From: Parcubacteria group bacterium
GTDB lineage: Bacteria > Patescibacteriota > Minisyncoccia > Moranbacterales > UBA9337
Assembly: GCA_041662245.1 (NCBI GenBank)
Contig: JBAZSW010000005.1
Coordinates: 57,837-121,836, forward strand
Length of the DNA stretch: 64,000 bases
Direction of reading: 5' to 3'
Shown piece after piece: positions 55,877-64,000 of this stretch; position 1 is the stretch's first letter, and each line of letters opens with the position of its first letter. The notes under the pieces were generated by a model. The model saw nothing but the letters and a program-made list of their open reading frames with translations, had not been told where the DNA came from and did not search any database. Both the position numbers and the translations under genes were made by a program.

Positions 55877-56422
55877 ATGTTAAAATGGTTCTTTTGTATT
55901 GTCTTGGTAGTGTCTATGGGTACAGGTGTGGCGGGCGCTACACTGGTATCCGACACAGTTGCCTTGGGACCCACCTCAAATTTTGAGGGGTACGTAAGCC
56001 ATGGTCGTGGCGATGTGAACTTCCTGGATGGAATTGGCGACTTTGTGGCTTGGGAGCATACATTTAATGTTGCACCTAACGCTCAAGATGCCACATTGGA
56101 AATTTCTTTTCGGGATGATGACTCTGACAGTTGGAGGCCGTCGTCTTGGGAGCTAGCCATTTTTGTCGGGGAAAGTGCTCAGATACTGGTTACTGTAGGA
56201 GAGGTCAACACCGGAGTTTGGACGACGTCAATTGACCCCAGTTTTCTTTCAGATGGGATTTTCCAAGCTGTTATCTGGAGTGTTTGGGGAGATCTCTATG
56301 TGGATTCTGCCACTTTGAGTTTTGAGTCTGTTCCTGTGGCACCTGTTCCCGAGCCAGCAACGATGTTGCTATTCGGGGCTGGACTTTCTCTATTTGGGAT
56401 AGTGAGACGCAAACAGTCATAG
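55877..56422 (+). CDS. PEP-CTERM sorting-domain protein (secreted; start at 55877 after the RBS aaggggagga)
   Basis: Signal peptide. C-terminal VPEPATMLLFGAGLSLFGIVRRKQS is a PEP motif plus TM plus basic tail. Sits in a GC-enriched segment. Confidence 0.65.
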   Translation: MLKWFFCIVLVVSMGTGVAGATLVSDTVALGPTSNFEGYVSHGRGDVNFLDGIGDFVAWEHTFNVAPNAQDATLEISFRDDDSDSWRPSSWELAIFVGESAQILVTVGEVNTGVWTTSIDPSFLSDGIFQAVIWSVWGDLYVDSATLSFESVPVAPVPEPATMLLFGAGLSLFGIVRRKQS

Positions 56423-56624
56423 CGTCTTGTCGCAAAAGCACAACTCTCGGAGAGGATTTGTAATCCTTTTCGAGAGTTTTTTAATTTATAAATTAAATTA
56501 AATTTGGTTATTTCCTAAAATAAAAAAGTGTGGTACATTTTGAATATTAAAAAGTTCTTTGAAGAATTAAGTGAAATTTTTTCTGCTGGTTAACCTTATA
56601 AAAACTATATGGAGGCATAAAATT

Positions 56625-56825
56625 ATGCGAGGACATTATTCATCATGGTTATATGGAGAGAAACAACAGCATTTTTCTGGTAATACTCATGAGTGTCAAA
56701 AATGCGGGGAAAAATTTCCACCCAACAGTGCCAATTGTATAAAGTGTGGTTCCATGGAAGTTATCGCATTGAGAAACGATCCTCGTTTTTTTCAGTGTGC
56801 TCAAAGAGGAGAAAATAATGAATAG
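56625..56825 (+). CDS. Small zinc-ribbon protein (CxxC-x14-CxxC)
   Basis: RBS tatggaggc precedes the ATG. HECQKCGEKF...CIKCGS. Confidence 0.45.
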   Translation: MRGHYSSWLYGEKQQHFSGNTHECQKCGEKFPPNSANCIKCGSMEVIALRNDPRFFQCAQRGENNE

Positions 56826-57000
56826 GAAACCTTTGAATAATATCAGTGAAATTATCGCTCGCTTGCGAACCTCAGATGGAGCAAAAGATTTCAGGGAAAG
56901 ATTGAGAAAGAACGAAATTTTGACGGAGGAAGAACTTTTAAAATGCTATGTATTTGATCGAGATACGCTAAGGGACCATTGTGATCCCGTGGGTGATTAA
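56818..57000 (+). CDS. Small hypothetical protein (60 aa); its start overlaps the upstream gene by 8 nt
   Basis: RBS ggagaaaataATG. Confidence 0.35.
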   Translation: MNRKPLNNISEIIARLRTSDGAKDFRERLRKNEILTEEELLKCYVFDRDTLRDHCDPVGD

Positions 57001-57110
57001 TCGCCATAGATACATATATTATATAAAGAGACGATTTTCGCAAATGTGAAAATGTGTCTCTTTTTTTAAAATAAAAATCCCGCTCGGATATTAATAATCT
57101 AAGCGGGGTT

Positions 57111-57581
57111 TTAAAAAATATGGCCTCCATAGTCTAGAATTCTTCCACTAGTGGCAATATTGTCGCTGTGAGATATTTCACTTAGAAATGCCAGTTCTCC
57201 GCATTTGCGATTATGAGCGGATGCAATTAGCTTGTTAGAATAATCTTTTTCTACATCATCACGTTCTTGAATATTGATAATATAAAAAAACGTAAAAAGT
57301 GTAGGGACGTATCGGGTGTAATCGGGGCATCTTTTCCAGCGGTGGTACTCTGTATAATTGGCCCTAAAACAGGCCCAAAGCATATCTGTTAGAAGTTGAG
57401 TACGACTATGTCTGCGAAGTCTTTTAAAGGCAATCTTATCCCCAAACCTGCGTCTGTCGTATTCTAAATATAACAATTTGCAAATTAGATCAAATATACG
57501 GATGCGAACAATTTTATAAGCATAAGAACCCGTAACTATTACAATACGAGTTTTGCCTATGCGGATCTTGGTGCAATTCAT
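57111..57581 (-). CDS. Hypothetical protein with protein-kinase-like catalytic-loop motifs (H.D....N / DYG)
   Basis: HSDNIATSGRILDYGG resembles the HxDxxxxN...DFG of PKL-fold kinases. Only 156 aa. Confidence 0.3.
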   Translation of the reverse strand: MNCTKIRIGKTRIVIVTGSYAYKIVRIRIFDLICKLLYLEYDRRRFGDKIAFKRLRRHSRTQLLTDMLWACFRANYTEYHRWKRCPDYTRYVPTLFTFFYIINIQERDDVEKDYSNKLIASAHNRKCGELAFLSEISHSDNIATSGRILDYGGHIF

Positions 57582-57735
57582 GGCAGTTTCTCCTATTGAG
57601 ATAGATTTTTAATCAAAGAACTTTTTCAATATTTTAGTGCATTACGGAATAAATAGCAAGAGAGGGATTCTCTTGAAAAAAAGTCTATTTTACATTAAAC
57701 TAAGGTAAGGTAATATACTGATATTTTAAATTTAT

Positions 57736-59058
57736 ATGAAATATTTTAAGATCAACGGAGGCAAAAAACTTTCTGGAAAGATTGTAGTAAATGGTTCTAA
57801 AAATGCAGCAGTGGCATTGTTTGCAGCAGCGATGATAAACAAGGGTAAGACTACGCTAAAAAACGTTCCCCAAATCGAGGAAGTTAATCGTTGGGTAGAA
57901 GTTTTAGAAAGCATTGGGGTAAAAATAGAGAGAAAGGAGAAGACAATTATTTTAACTCCTCCAGCTAAAATTAAAATAGAAAATATCAATCAAGAAGCAG
58001 CGCAAAAAACCAGAAGCGTCATCATGCTAATTAGCGCCTTGATTGGAAAATCAAAAAAATATTTTATTCCTCAAGCGGGGGGTTGCAAATTGGGAGAACG
58101 AACTATTCGTCCCCATCTTTTTGCGATAGAAAAATTTGGAGTGAAAATAAAAGCGGTTGATTGTGGATTTGAAATTAATACAGAAAATTTTAAACCTGCT
58201 AAAAAAATAATACTTTACGAATCGGGAGATACTGTAACGGAAACAGCTTTGATGGCGGCGGCTCAAAGTTCAACTAAAACCATTATAAAAATGGCAACGG
58301 CTAATTATATGGTGCAGGACGTTTGTTTTTTTCTAGAAAAATTGGGCGTAAAAATTAAGGGAATTGGAAGCGGAACATTGGAGGTGACGGGAGTAAAGGA
58401 TATAAATAAGGATGTTACTTATGAAATTAGTGAAGATCCGATTGAAGCGATGTTTTTTATTTCAACGGCTATTGTTACTAGAAGCAAGCTAACAATTCAG
58501 AGATGTCCGATTGAGTTTTTAGAATTAGAACTTTTAAAATTAGAAAAAATGGGTCAAAGATATAATATTTTGAAAGAATATAAGTCTAAAAATGGAAAAA
58601 CTGATTTGGTAGATATTGAAATTATACCTTCTAAACTAATCGCTCCTCAGGATAAAATTCACGGGTTACCTTTCCCAGGAATTAATATGGATAATCTGCC
58701 ATTTTTTGTACCAATAGTTTCTTTGGCTGAGGGACGCACACTCATTCATGATTGGTCTTTTGAAAACCGAGCTATCTATTTCGTGGACTTAAATAGGCTT
58801 GGTGCCAAGATTTCTCTTTTGGATCCACATCGAGTTTATGTAGAGGGACCAATTGAATTTAGGTCAGCCGAGATGATGAGTCCGCCAGCACTGCGACCAG
58901 CAGCTATAATTTTGGTAGCGATGCTGGCCGCTAAAGGAAATTCAATTTTGCGGGACGTATATTCAATTAATCGAGGTTATGAGAATTTGGAAGAAAGATT
59001 GCAAAGCGTAGGAGCTGACATTGAGCTGAAAGATGATGAGGGGAGTTTAGAGATGTAG
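57736..59058 (+). CDS. murA: UDP-N-acetylglucosamine 1-carboxyvinyltransferase
   Basis: MurA/EPSP-synthase fold, about 440 aa. Catalytic Cys in the QAGGCKLGERTIRPH loop. Confidence 0.9.
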   Translation: MKYFKINGGKKLSGKIVVNGSKNAAVALFAAAMINKGKTTLKNVPQIEEVNRWVEVLESIGVKIERKEKTIILTPPAKIKIENINQEAAQKTRSVIMLISALIGKSKKYFIPQAGGCKLGERTIRPHLFAIEKFGVKIKAVDCGFEINTENFKPAKKIILYESGDTVTETALMAAAQSSTKTIIKMATANYMVQDVCFFLEKLGVKIKGIGSGTLEVTGVKDINKDVTYEISEDPIEAMFFISTAIVTRSKLTIQRCPIEFLELELLKLEKMGQRYNILKEYKSKNGKTDLVDIEIIPSKLIAPQDKIHGLPFPGINMDNLPFFVPIVSLAEGRTLIHDWSFENRAIYFVDLNRLGAKISLLDPHRVYVEGPIEFRSAEMMSPPALRPAAIILVAMLAAKGNSILRDVYSINRGYENLEERLQSVGADIELKDDEGSLEM

Positions 59059-59092
59059 GGGTAATTAAAAATTCAAAGTGCAAAGTTAAAAG

Positions 59093-59578
59093 TTGCAGTT
59101 CAAAATTCAAAATTATTTGTTAAATCATATGAACAAAAAGGAACAAAAACCAGGCAAAGATTATATCGGGGTAGGCGGAGGAGTTTTGATTTTTAATGAC
59201 AAGAAAGAGATCCTACTTTTAAAAAGAACAAATAAGACTAGAAATGAAGCGGGATATTGGGAGAAGCCGGGGGGAATGGTTGGTTACAATGAGAAAGCGA
59301 TTATTGCTATGAAGAGAGAAATAAAGGAAGAAGTTAATTTAAATATAAATATTTGGGGTTATCTCCCTCACACTGATCACATAATGAAAAGAGAAGGACA
59401 GCACTGGGTAGCCTTCAATTATTTGGCTAGTGTAAAATCAGGTGAGTTTAAAAATATGGAGCCGCACAAACACGATGAAGTGAAATGGTTTACTCTAGAT
59501 AAATTACCTAAAAAAATTAGTCAAACAACTAGAGAATCAATTAAGAATTATAGGGAGAAAAAATATATTAAAATTTAA
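59093..59578 (+). CDS. NUDIX hydrolase
   Basis: Nudix box GGMVGYNEKAIIAMKREIKEEVNL. Confidence 0.8.
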   Translation: MQFKIQNYLLNHMNKKEQKPGKDYIGVGGGVLIFNDKKEILLLKRTNKTRNEAGYWEKPGGMVGYNEKAIIAMKREIKEEVNLNINIWGYLPHTDHIMKREGQHWVAFNYLASVKSGEFKNMEPHKHDEVKWFTLDKLPKKISQTTRESIKNYREKKYIKI

Positions 59579-59668
59579 AGATGATGCAAATGTGCAAATG
59601 AATGCAAATACTGCGAATAGAGGTTAATTCCTAAATTCTTATATTCCTAAATTCTTAAAAACAAATAC

Positions 59669-59989
59669 ATGAAAAAATACTACGAAGCTATCCAAAAGTT
59701 CCACGCGAAACATAAAATGAAAGGGACCAATAATGAAGAGATGACTTTTCGTTTGAATTTAATGACGGAAGAATTGGGAGAATTGGCGCAAGCCGTGACG
59801 AAAGGAAAACCTAAAAAAGAATTTATTGAAGAAAATGTAGATTTATTTAATTTAATAATTGGAAATTTAATCAGTACGGACGTAACGCTGGAAGAATTTG
59901 ATAAGGCTTTTTGGGAAAAGAATAAAAAAATAATGGAACGAAAGAAAAGAAAAGTGAATGGGAAGTTTAGAGTTTCAGAATTTAAATAA
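59669..59989 (+). CDS. MazG-like nucleotide pyrophosphohydrolase (all-alpha NTP-PPase)
   Basis: EE.GEL..A motif (MTEELGELAQAV) and a 106-aa size typical of the MazG/dCTP-PPase-like family. Confidence 0.6.
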   Translation: MKKYYEAIQKFHAKHKMKGTNNEEMTFRLNLMTEELGELAQAVTKGKPKKEFIEENVDLFNLIIGNLISTDVTLEEFDKAFWEKNKKIMERKKRKVNGKFRVSEFK

Positions 59990-59994
59990 AAATT

Positions 59995-60047
59995 CAAGTC
60001 TAGTCATCGCATTAGCTAAAACCGAGCTCGCGAGGTTTTAGATGACG
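59995..60047. repeat. REP-like palindromic repeat, copy 1 (caagtctagtcatcgcattaKctaaaaccgagctcgcgaggttttagatRacgt)
   Basis: Second copy at 63119-63171 with 2 mismatches. An 8-bp stem ctaaaacc/ggttttag encloses a self-complementary GAGCTCGCGAG. Confidence 0.8.
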
Positions 60048-60195
60048 TATCCTCGATGTTTGAAGTCCTGTCGCTCGAGAGCGACGGGATTTGGGTGGGG
60101 CGAAAATATATTTTTTTTGTTTCTTTATTCTTGACTTTTTAAAGCGTTGTGATAATGTTGTGAAAAATGTAAAATTACTAAAAAGGAGGATAATA

Positions 60196-60402
60196 ATGTA
60201 CAAACGGGTACTGCTTTGGCACATATACGGTAACAAAGGCTCTTTCAAAAATGTTGTTACTTACTTTGAAGGAGGAATCAACGAACTGCAATATTACATT
60301 GAAAGAAATGAAACGTTATTATTTGAACAAGTTGAATTAGCACTAAAAGATGGGGAAAAAGTAGATAGGGCAGTGCTTCATCAAATAGAAAACCCAGAAT
60401 GA
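60196..60402 (+). CDS. Small hypothetical protein (68 aa)
   Basis: The strong RBS aaaaggagga precedes the ATG, and a terminator follows. Confidence 0.5.
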   Translation: MYKRVLLWHIYGNKGSFKNVVTYFEGGINELQYYIERNETLLFEQVELALKDGEKVDRAVLHQIENPE

Positions 60403-60455
60403 AGAAATAAAATTTTTATTTTCACGTACCAGATATTGAGTGTTACGTGTAATAT

Positions 60456-60494
60456 CCCTTGCTATAATCTTCGGATTAAGCAAGGGCTTTTTTA
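60456..60494 (+). terminator. Rho-independent terminator
   Basis: cccttgc tataatcttcggattaa gcaaggg ctttttta. Confidence 0.75.
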
Positions 60495-60554
60495 TTTGGA
60501 TTAAGCATTGCATTTGTGGGAAAATTTTGGGCGGGTTAATTCTTCAGACTGCCG

Positions 60555-61190
60555 TTAATCTAAAGAATTATATTCTTCCTTCCATTCAATGTTGCCTTTA
60601 TCAAATTCAGCTTTTAATTTTCTTTTTACGATTTTCAACATTTCTGACAATTCTGGAAACAATTTTACAGATTTATTTGCATAATTAGCAATAAATTCTG
60701 GTTTATCATATATCTTGTATCCACTTTCTGCTAATTGAGTTAGTGTCTCAATTTTGTCTAATGCTTTTACGAATTTTGCTTCACTGGTTTTGCAATTATT
60801 ATATTCATGCCACAAATCTGAAATCTCTTTCCCAATAACTTCCGGAAGAGTCTCTTGCAATTTAATAATCGCTCCAATTTCTTGCTTTTCTTTTTCGTCT
60901 TTAGAAAATTTACCTTCTGCAATTAAAATGGCATCGATATCCCCAGTCAGAGCTTCAGCGAGATCATGCACTAAAGCAATTTTTATTGCTTTATTTACAT
61001 CAATATCTAATTTTAATTCATCTGCGATTATGAAAGTAATTAATGCCAATCTCCAAGAGTGCTCAGCAGTTGATTCTTTTCTTCCAGAAGTTGTTTTATT
61101 ATACCTTAAAGTAGATTTCAGATTTTCAATTTTATGCAGAAAGTTAAATATTTTTTCTAAGTTTCCAGAATTGTTTGTTGTCATATTCAT
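60555..61190 (-). CDS. HD-domain phosphohydrolase (YfbR-like 5'-deoxynucleotidase family)
   Basis: HSWRLALI...VHDLAEALTGDI His/Asp metal-binding pattern of the HD superfamily. Confidence 0.75.
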   Translation of the reverse strand: MNMTTNNSGNLEKIFNFLHKIENLKSTLRYNKTTSGRKESTAEHSWRLALITFIIADELKLDIDVNKAIKIALVHDLAEALTGDIDAILIAEGKFSKDEKEKQEIGAIIKLQETLPEVIGKEISDLWHEYNNCKTSEAKFVKALDKIETLTQLAESGYKIYDKPEFIANYANKSVKLFPELSEMLKIVKRKLKAEFDKGNIEWKEEYNSLD

Positions 61191-61256
61191 TTGATAAAGG
61201 CTGAATTATATAAATTTTTATTGTGCAGGTGGTCGTAGGGTAATTTCATTTAACGT

Positions 61257-61451
61257 TTAGAAATATTTGAAGTTGTGTCCGTGTTTATTGGCAAAAACTT
61301 CAAATTCTTGCCTATCTGCTTTGATTGTATCACTAAACCTTGTCTTATCATAGCGCAATTTGGGTGTAGTGAAGGGAAATTTAATAAATAATTTTCCTTG
61401 TTGTTTTAGCTCTTTTGAAATTTTTGAAAAGTTACCTAGACAAATGATCAA
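61257..61451 (-). CDS. Small hypothetical protein (64 aa); a decayed partial copy lies at 63867-63940
   Basis: ORF. A 72-bp segment is repeated near the window end and carries a stop codon there. Confidence 0.35.
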   Translation of the reverse strand: MIICLGNFSKISKELKQQGKLFIKFPFTTPKLRYDKTRFSDTIKADRQEFEVFANKHGHNFKYF

Positions 61452-61548
61452 TATTATGCTTTACTTAATCAATACCGTAAGTTCTTTTTTGGAGCATGGG
61501 TAGGTCTAAATCATAAAACCTCAAACAATCAGAAGGGGGGATACTCTA

Positions 61549-61722
61549 ATGTGTGATGTCAAAATAACGATCACTATTAAAGACGCCGACAAAGAAGGAT
61601 GGAAATGTGATGGGTGCGGTAAAATTACCACCAATGAACCCGTAGATGACGAAGGAGGACAATACTGTTTTTGTACTTGGCAATGTGCATTGAGATGGGA
61701 GAATAAACGAGACCGAGATTAA
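61549..61722 (+). CDS. Small Cys-rich protein (57 aa, CDGC...CFCTWQC); absent from the ORF track
   Basis: RBS agaaggggggata precedes the ATG. Translation is MCDVKITITIKDADKEGWKCDGCGKITTNEPVDDEGGQYCFCTWQCALRWENKRDRD. The annotated antisense ORFs here are probably shadows. Confidence 0.45.
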   Translation: MCDVKITITIKDADKEGWKCDGCGKITTNEPVDDEGGQYCFCTWQCALRWENKRDRD

Positions 61723-62125
61723 GGCAGGGATTAATAATTTCCCCAGCAAGCCTGTTTAGAAATAAAAATTCTGCAGGCTTTTTTCTTTTTAAAAAGATTG
61801 AAAAAGGGGCTGTCAAAAAATAAAATTTCAGCTAACGTTTTCGAGTATGCGAAGTTCACTTTTCGGATTTATTGATTATTACTTGAATTATCTGATTACT
61901 ATTTTAGCTGAATACTTGGTGTTAGGCGAGGGTGAGTGGAATGGAGTAGAGCGAAAGCGTAGCATCCCCGTAGCGTTTTTTCAAATTATTTTTTGTGGGC
62001 TTGACAGATAAACCTTTACCTGTTATACTAAGATGTCAATAGTTGTGAAATCGTTATTAACCCAAAGGGGTGGTTCTCGCTATTGCGAGGATCTGCTCTT
62101 TTACAAAATCTTGAAGGAGGACAAA

Positions 62126-62344
62126 ATGTCCAAAAAATGGAAATTGAATATCGGATGTCATTGCAAAACACTAATGAGCCGTGATTTAGATGTCCGGGAG
62201 CACGACTCCCTTGAAGATTGCAAGCGCGACGTCAAGGAATCAGAGGAGTTTTGGGCAAGAATGGGATATTGTGTGTGGTTTGCTAAAGCTATTGGACCTG
62301 ACGGCGAGAAAGTGGAGCTACACAAAGACACCCCGTTCTATTAA
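62126..62344 (+). CDS. Small hypothetical protein (72 aa, CHC motif)
   Basis: RBS gaaggagg precedes the ATG at 62126, and a terminator follows. Confidence 0.45.
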   Translation: MSKKWKLNIGCHCKTLMSRDLDVREHDSLEDCKRDVKESEEFWARMGYCVWFAKAIGPDGEKVELHKDTPFY

Positions 62345-62368
62345 AAAGAGCAGATCCGGTTCACTCGT

Positions 62369-62399
62369 AAGGCGTTGACTACAAAGTTGACGCCTTTTT
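62369..62399 (+). terminator. Rho-independent terminator
   Basis: aaggcgttgac tacaaa gttgacgcc ttttt. Confidence 0.6.
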
Positions 62400-62480
62400 C
62401 CTTAATGTAAAAATATAATTGTAGGAAATTTTTGAACCAGATATTCTTTGTTATCGGATGTAATTTTAAAATCTCGTGTT

Positions 62481-62882
62481 TCATAGCAAGGTGAAAAGTT
62501 GTTTCACACTTTCATGCCCGACCGTGTATTCAGCACCAAGAAATTCATTTTTTGTTACCCACTTAAACTCAGTAATATTCTCATCGGCAGGATTTTTCGT
62601 TATATCAATTTCACCGTCGGCGGTACATAAAAATGTTGTGCAAACCACCTGATCGCCGTCGTTTCTAAAAAACCAGAAAAATCCGAGGGGTTTAACAATA
62701 TTGATAGAAAGATGAATTTCTTCGTTGACTTCACGCACCAACGTGTCATACGGAGACTCTCCAAAATCAACTTTGCCACCTGGTAAATCCCAAACTATTT
62801 TGTCGGCAAACTCTTGTTTAATCACAAGAAACTTTTCGCCTCTTTGTATTATAGCTTTAACTGCAGGATACACACGATTCAT
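62481..62882 (-). CDS. NUDIX hydrolase (start taken at MNRVYPAV; the ORF track extends to 63041)
   Basis: Nudix box GGKVDFGESPYDTLVREVNEEIHL. Confidence 0.75.
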   Translation of the reverse strand: MNRVYPAVKAIIQRGEKFLVIKQEFADKIVWDLPGGKVDFGESPYDTLVREVNEEIHLSINIVKPLGFFWFFRNDGDQVVCTTFLCTADGEIDITKNPADENITEFKWVTKNEFLGAEYTVGHESVKQLFTLL

Positions 62883-63118
62883 ATTTTTTGTACTAGATTT
62901 TAAAATTATTTCCGACAATGCGATGAATAGACGAAGTCTTACGAAAGGTGAGGGGAAAAATAAAAAAAACAAAGTTTTTTTATATTTTTTTGTGAACCTT
63001 GAGTGAGATTTGGGCGGGTATTTCTTCTTATAGTATAACACTGTAAATTTTAGCCGTCTATTCGGGAGTTAGGTGCCTGTCCGCCATCTTTTTGGGCGGA
63101 AAGCCACCGCACGCGAGC

Positions 63119-63171
63119 CCAAGTCTAGTCATCGCATTATCTAAAACCGAGCTCGCGAGGTTTTAGATAAC
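63119..63171. repeat. REP-like palindromic repeat, copy 2
   Basis: See 59995-60047. Confidence 0.8.
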
Positions 63172-63340
63172 GTTACTTATATCTGAAGTTTTTGTCTTCC
63201 TTCCTTATTGTAATATATAAAGAAAAGGAAGACAAAATTTTTTGGTGGAAGAAACTTACACTCCTTATTATTAGTTATTGATGCAAATTTCTGAAACCAG
63301 ACATGAGTTGTTGTGCGATGTCGGGCAAAGGTGGGCGAAT

Positions 63341-63733
63341 TTATCTCTCCCATTCTTTAATATGCGGTGAAAAATCAAGCTGATAATCCGGAATGCCTAA
63401 TGACACGCCGTATTTTGTTACATCATCATATTGCTCTGATTTGGAGCGATCAACTTTGAATACTTTATTGCGGAAGATAATGTAATGAAAATCATCATTT
63501 TTAAAATCAGCATACCAATTCTGTTTAGAATCTAATGCCTTGCTAATTCCTTCTGCAATATTGTCAGCTTGATTTTGAAAAATTTCAACGGTGTGCAATG
63601 TCCATTGTTTTATCCAAGGTGTTTGATGTTTTTCGGTTACTTGCTCAACATCCGTCTTGAGAATATTTACTTTTCCCAAAACATCTCTATTCTCAAGACT
63701 TTCCTCAATAATTACACCGTTGAAATTTTTCAT
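63341..63733 (-). CDS. Hypothetical protein (130 aa)
   Basis: ORF only. Confidence 0.4.
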   Translation of the reverse strand: MKNFNGVIIEESLENRDVLGKVNILKTDVEQVTEKHQTPWIKQWTLHTVEIFQNQADNIAEGISKALDSKQNWYADFKNDDFHYIIFRNKVFKVDRSKSEQYDDVTKYGVSLGIPDYQLDFSPHIKEWER

Positions 63734-63866
63734 ATGTTTGATTTAATTAAACTTTGTAAAATTCACGAACTGAGCCCGCCTTTGCCCGATTTCGTACGTA
63801 TCGGAATATCAGAAGTTTCATTTATTCTATCTTATTAAAATTATATAAGAAAAGAATAAATAAAAT

Positions 63867-63940
63867 TTTGGTGTAGTGAAAAGAAATTTAATAAATAATT
63901 TTTCTTGTTATTTTAGCTCTTTTGAAATTTTGCTCACTAT
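63867..63940. repeat. Degenerate partial copy of the 5' part of gene 61257-61451 (72 bp, contains a stop)
   Basis: ggtgtagtgaaRRgaaatttaataaataatttt(t)cttgttRttttagctcttttgaaatttt is shared with 61366-61437. Confidence 0.6.
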
Positions 63941-64000
63941 TGACAGAATGGTCGTTCTTTGCTACTTTTCAGTGAACTACTAACCTATAATAATCATGCG

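Noticed and set aside
61546-61816. Overlapping minus-strand ORFs 61546-61749 and 61625-61816
   Set aside because: The plus strand has a 57-aa Cys-rich ORF with a strong GGGGG RBS. The minus ORFs lack an RBS and overlap each other, so they are treated as shadows.
1-64000. Alternative genetic code (UGA=Gly as in Gracilibacteria/SR1) or widespread stop-codon recoding
   Set aside because: Long conserved genes (dnaK, infB, argS, nrdD, mrdA) are uninterrupted in the standard code. The single in-frame TAG in the GIY-YIG gene is better explained as a pseudogene or sequencing error.

Overview
This is an AT-rich, gene-dense bacterial window with short intergenic regions, read in the standard genetic code. 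Long ORFs such as dnaK, infB and nrdD are uninterrupted, so there is no TGA recoding. By inference, the gene content fits a small-genome Patescibacteria/CPR-like organism. Conserved blocks are infB-rbfA-nrnA, secE-nusG-rplK-rplA, hrcA-grpE-dnaK, mreBCD-mrdA, ispA-like-ispG, nrdR-nrdD-nrdG and murA.

The most unusual feature is at the 5' end. Two adjacent genes share a 444-bp nucleotide-identical 5' module encoding a TrbC/VirB2-like T4SS-pilin-like domain. They then diverge into different repeat linkers and different C-terminal cell-wall-hydrolase-like domains: one carries a clear SLT lytic-transglycosylase motif, the other is M15-peptidase-like. A tandem array of 7 further pilin-like paralog genes (8 pilin domains) follows.

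Other notable items:
- Three paralogous four-helix-bundle genes (23S-rRNA-IVS protein family), each bracketed by imperfect inverted repeats, sit inside a MacAB-like ABC efflux operon.
- A NUDIX-GrpE fusion lies in the hrcA-grpE-dnaK operon.
- The class III RNR appears split: the glycyl-radical domain is a separate small ORF, with an AT-rich palindrome upstream of it.
- A PaaX-like regulator gene is flanked by perfect 36-bp palindromic direct repeats.
- An MFS transporter gene is bounded by a 42-bp direct duplication that regenerates the 3' end of the upstream gene, with a GIY-YIG pseudogene (in-frame amber) next to it.
- A TIR-bounded MITE-like repeat family has 3 copies; two bracket a peptidase S51 gene.
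- Compositionally distinct, higher-GC islands encode an OMP-like beta-barrel with a C-terminal Phe, a PEP-CTERM protein and arrays of small Zn-ribbon proteins.
- A ~51-aa Lys/Ala-repeat histone-H1-like gene sits behind a tandemly duplicated near-consensus promoter.
- rpmB, the GIY-YIG pseudogene and three small protein genes are missing from the ORF track.
- A ~185-nt element closed by a 17-bp perfect stem lies upstream of secE.

No rRNA genes, tRNA genes or CRISPR arrays were recognised.
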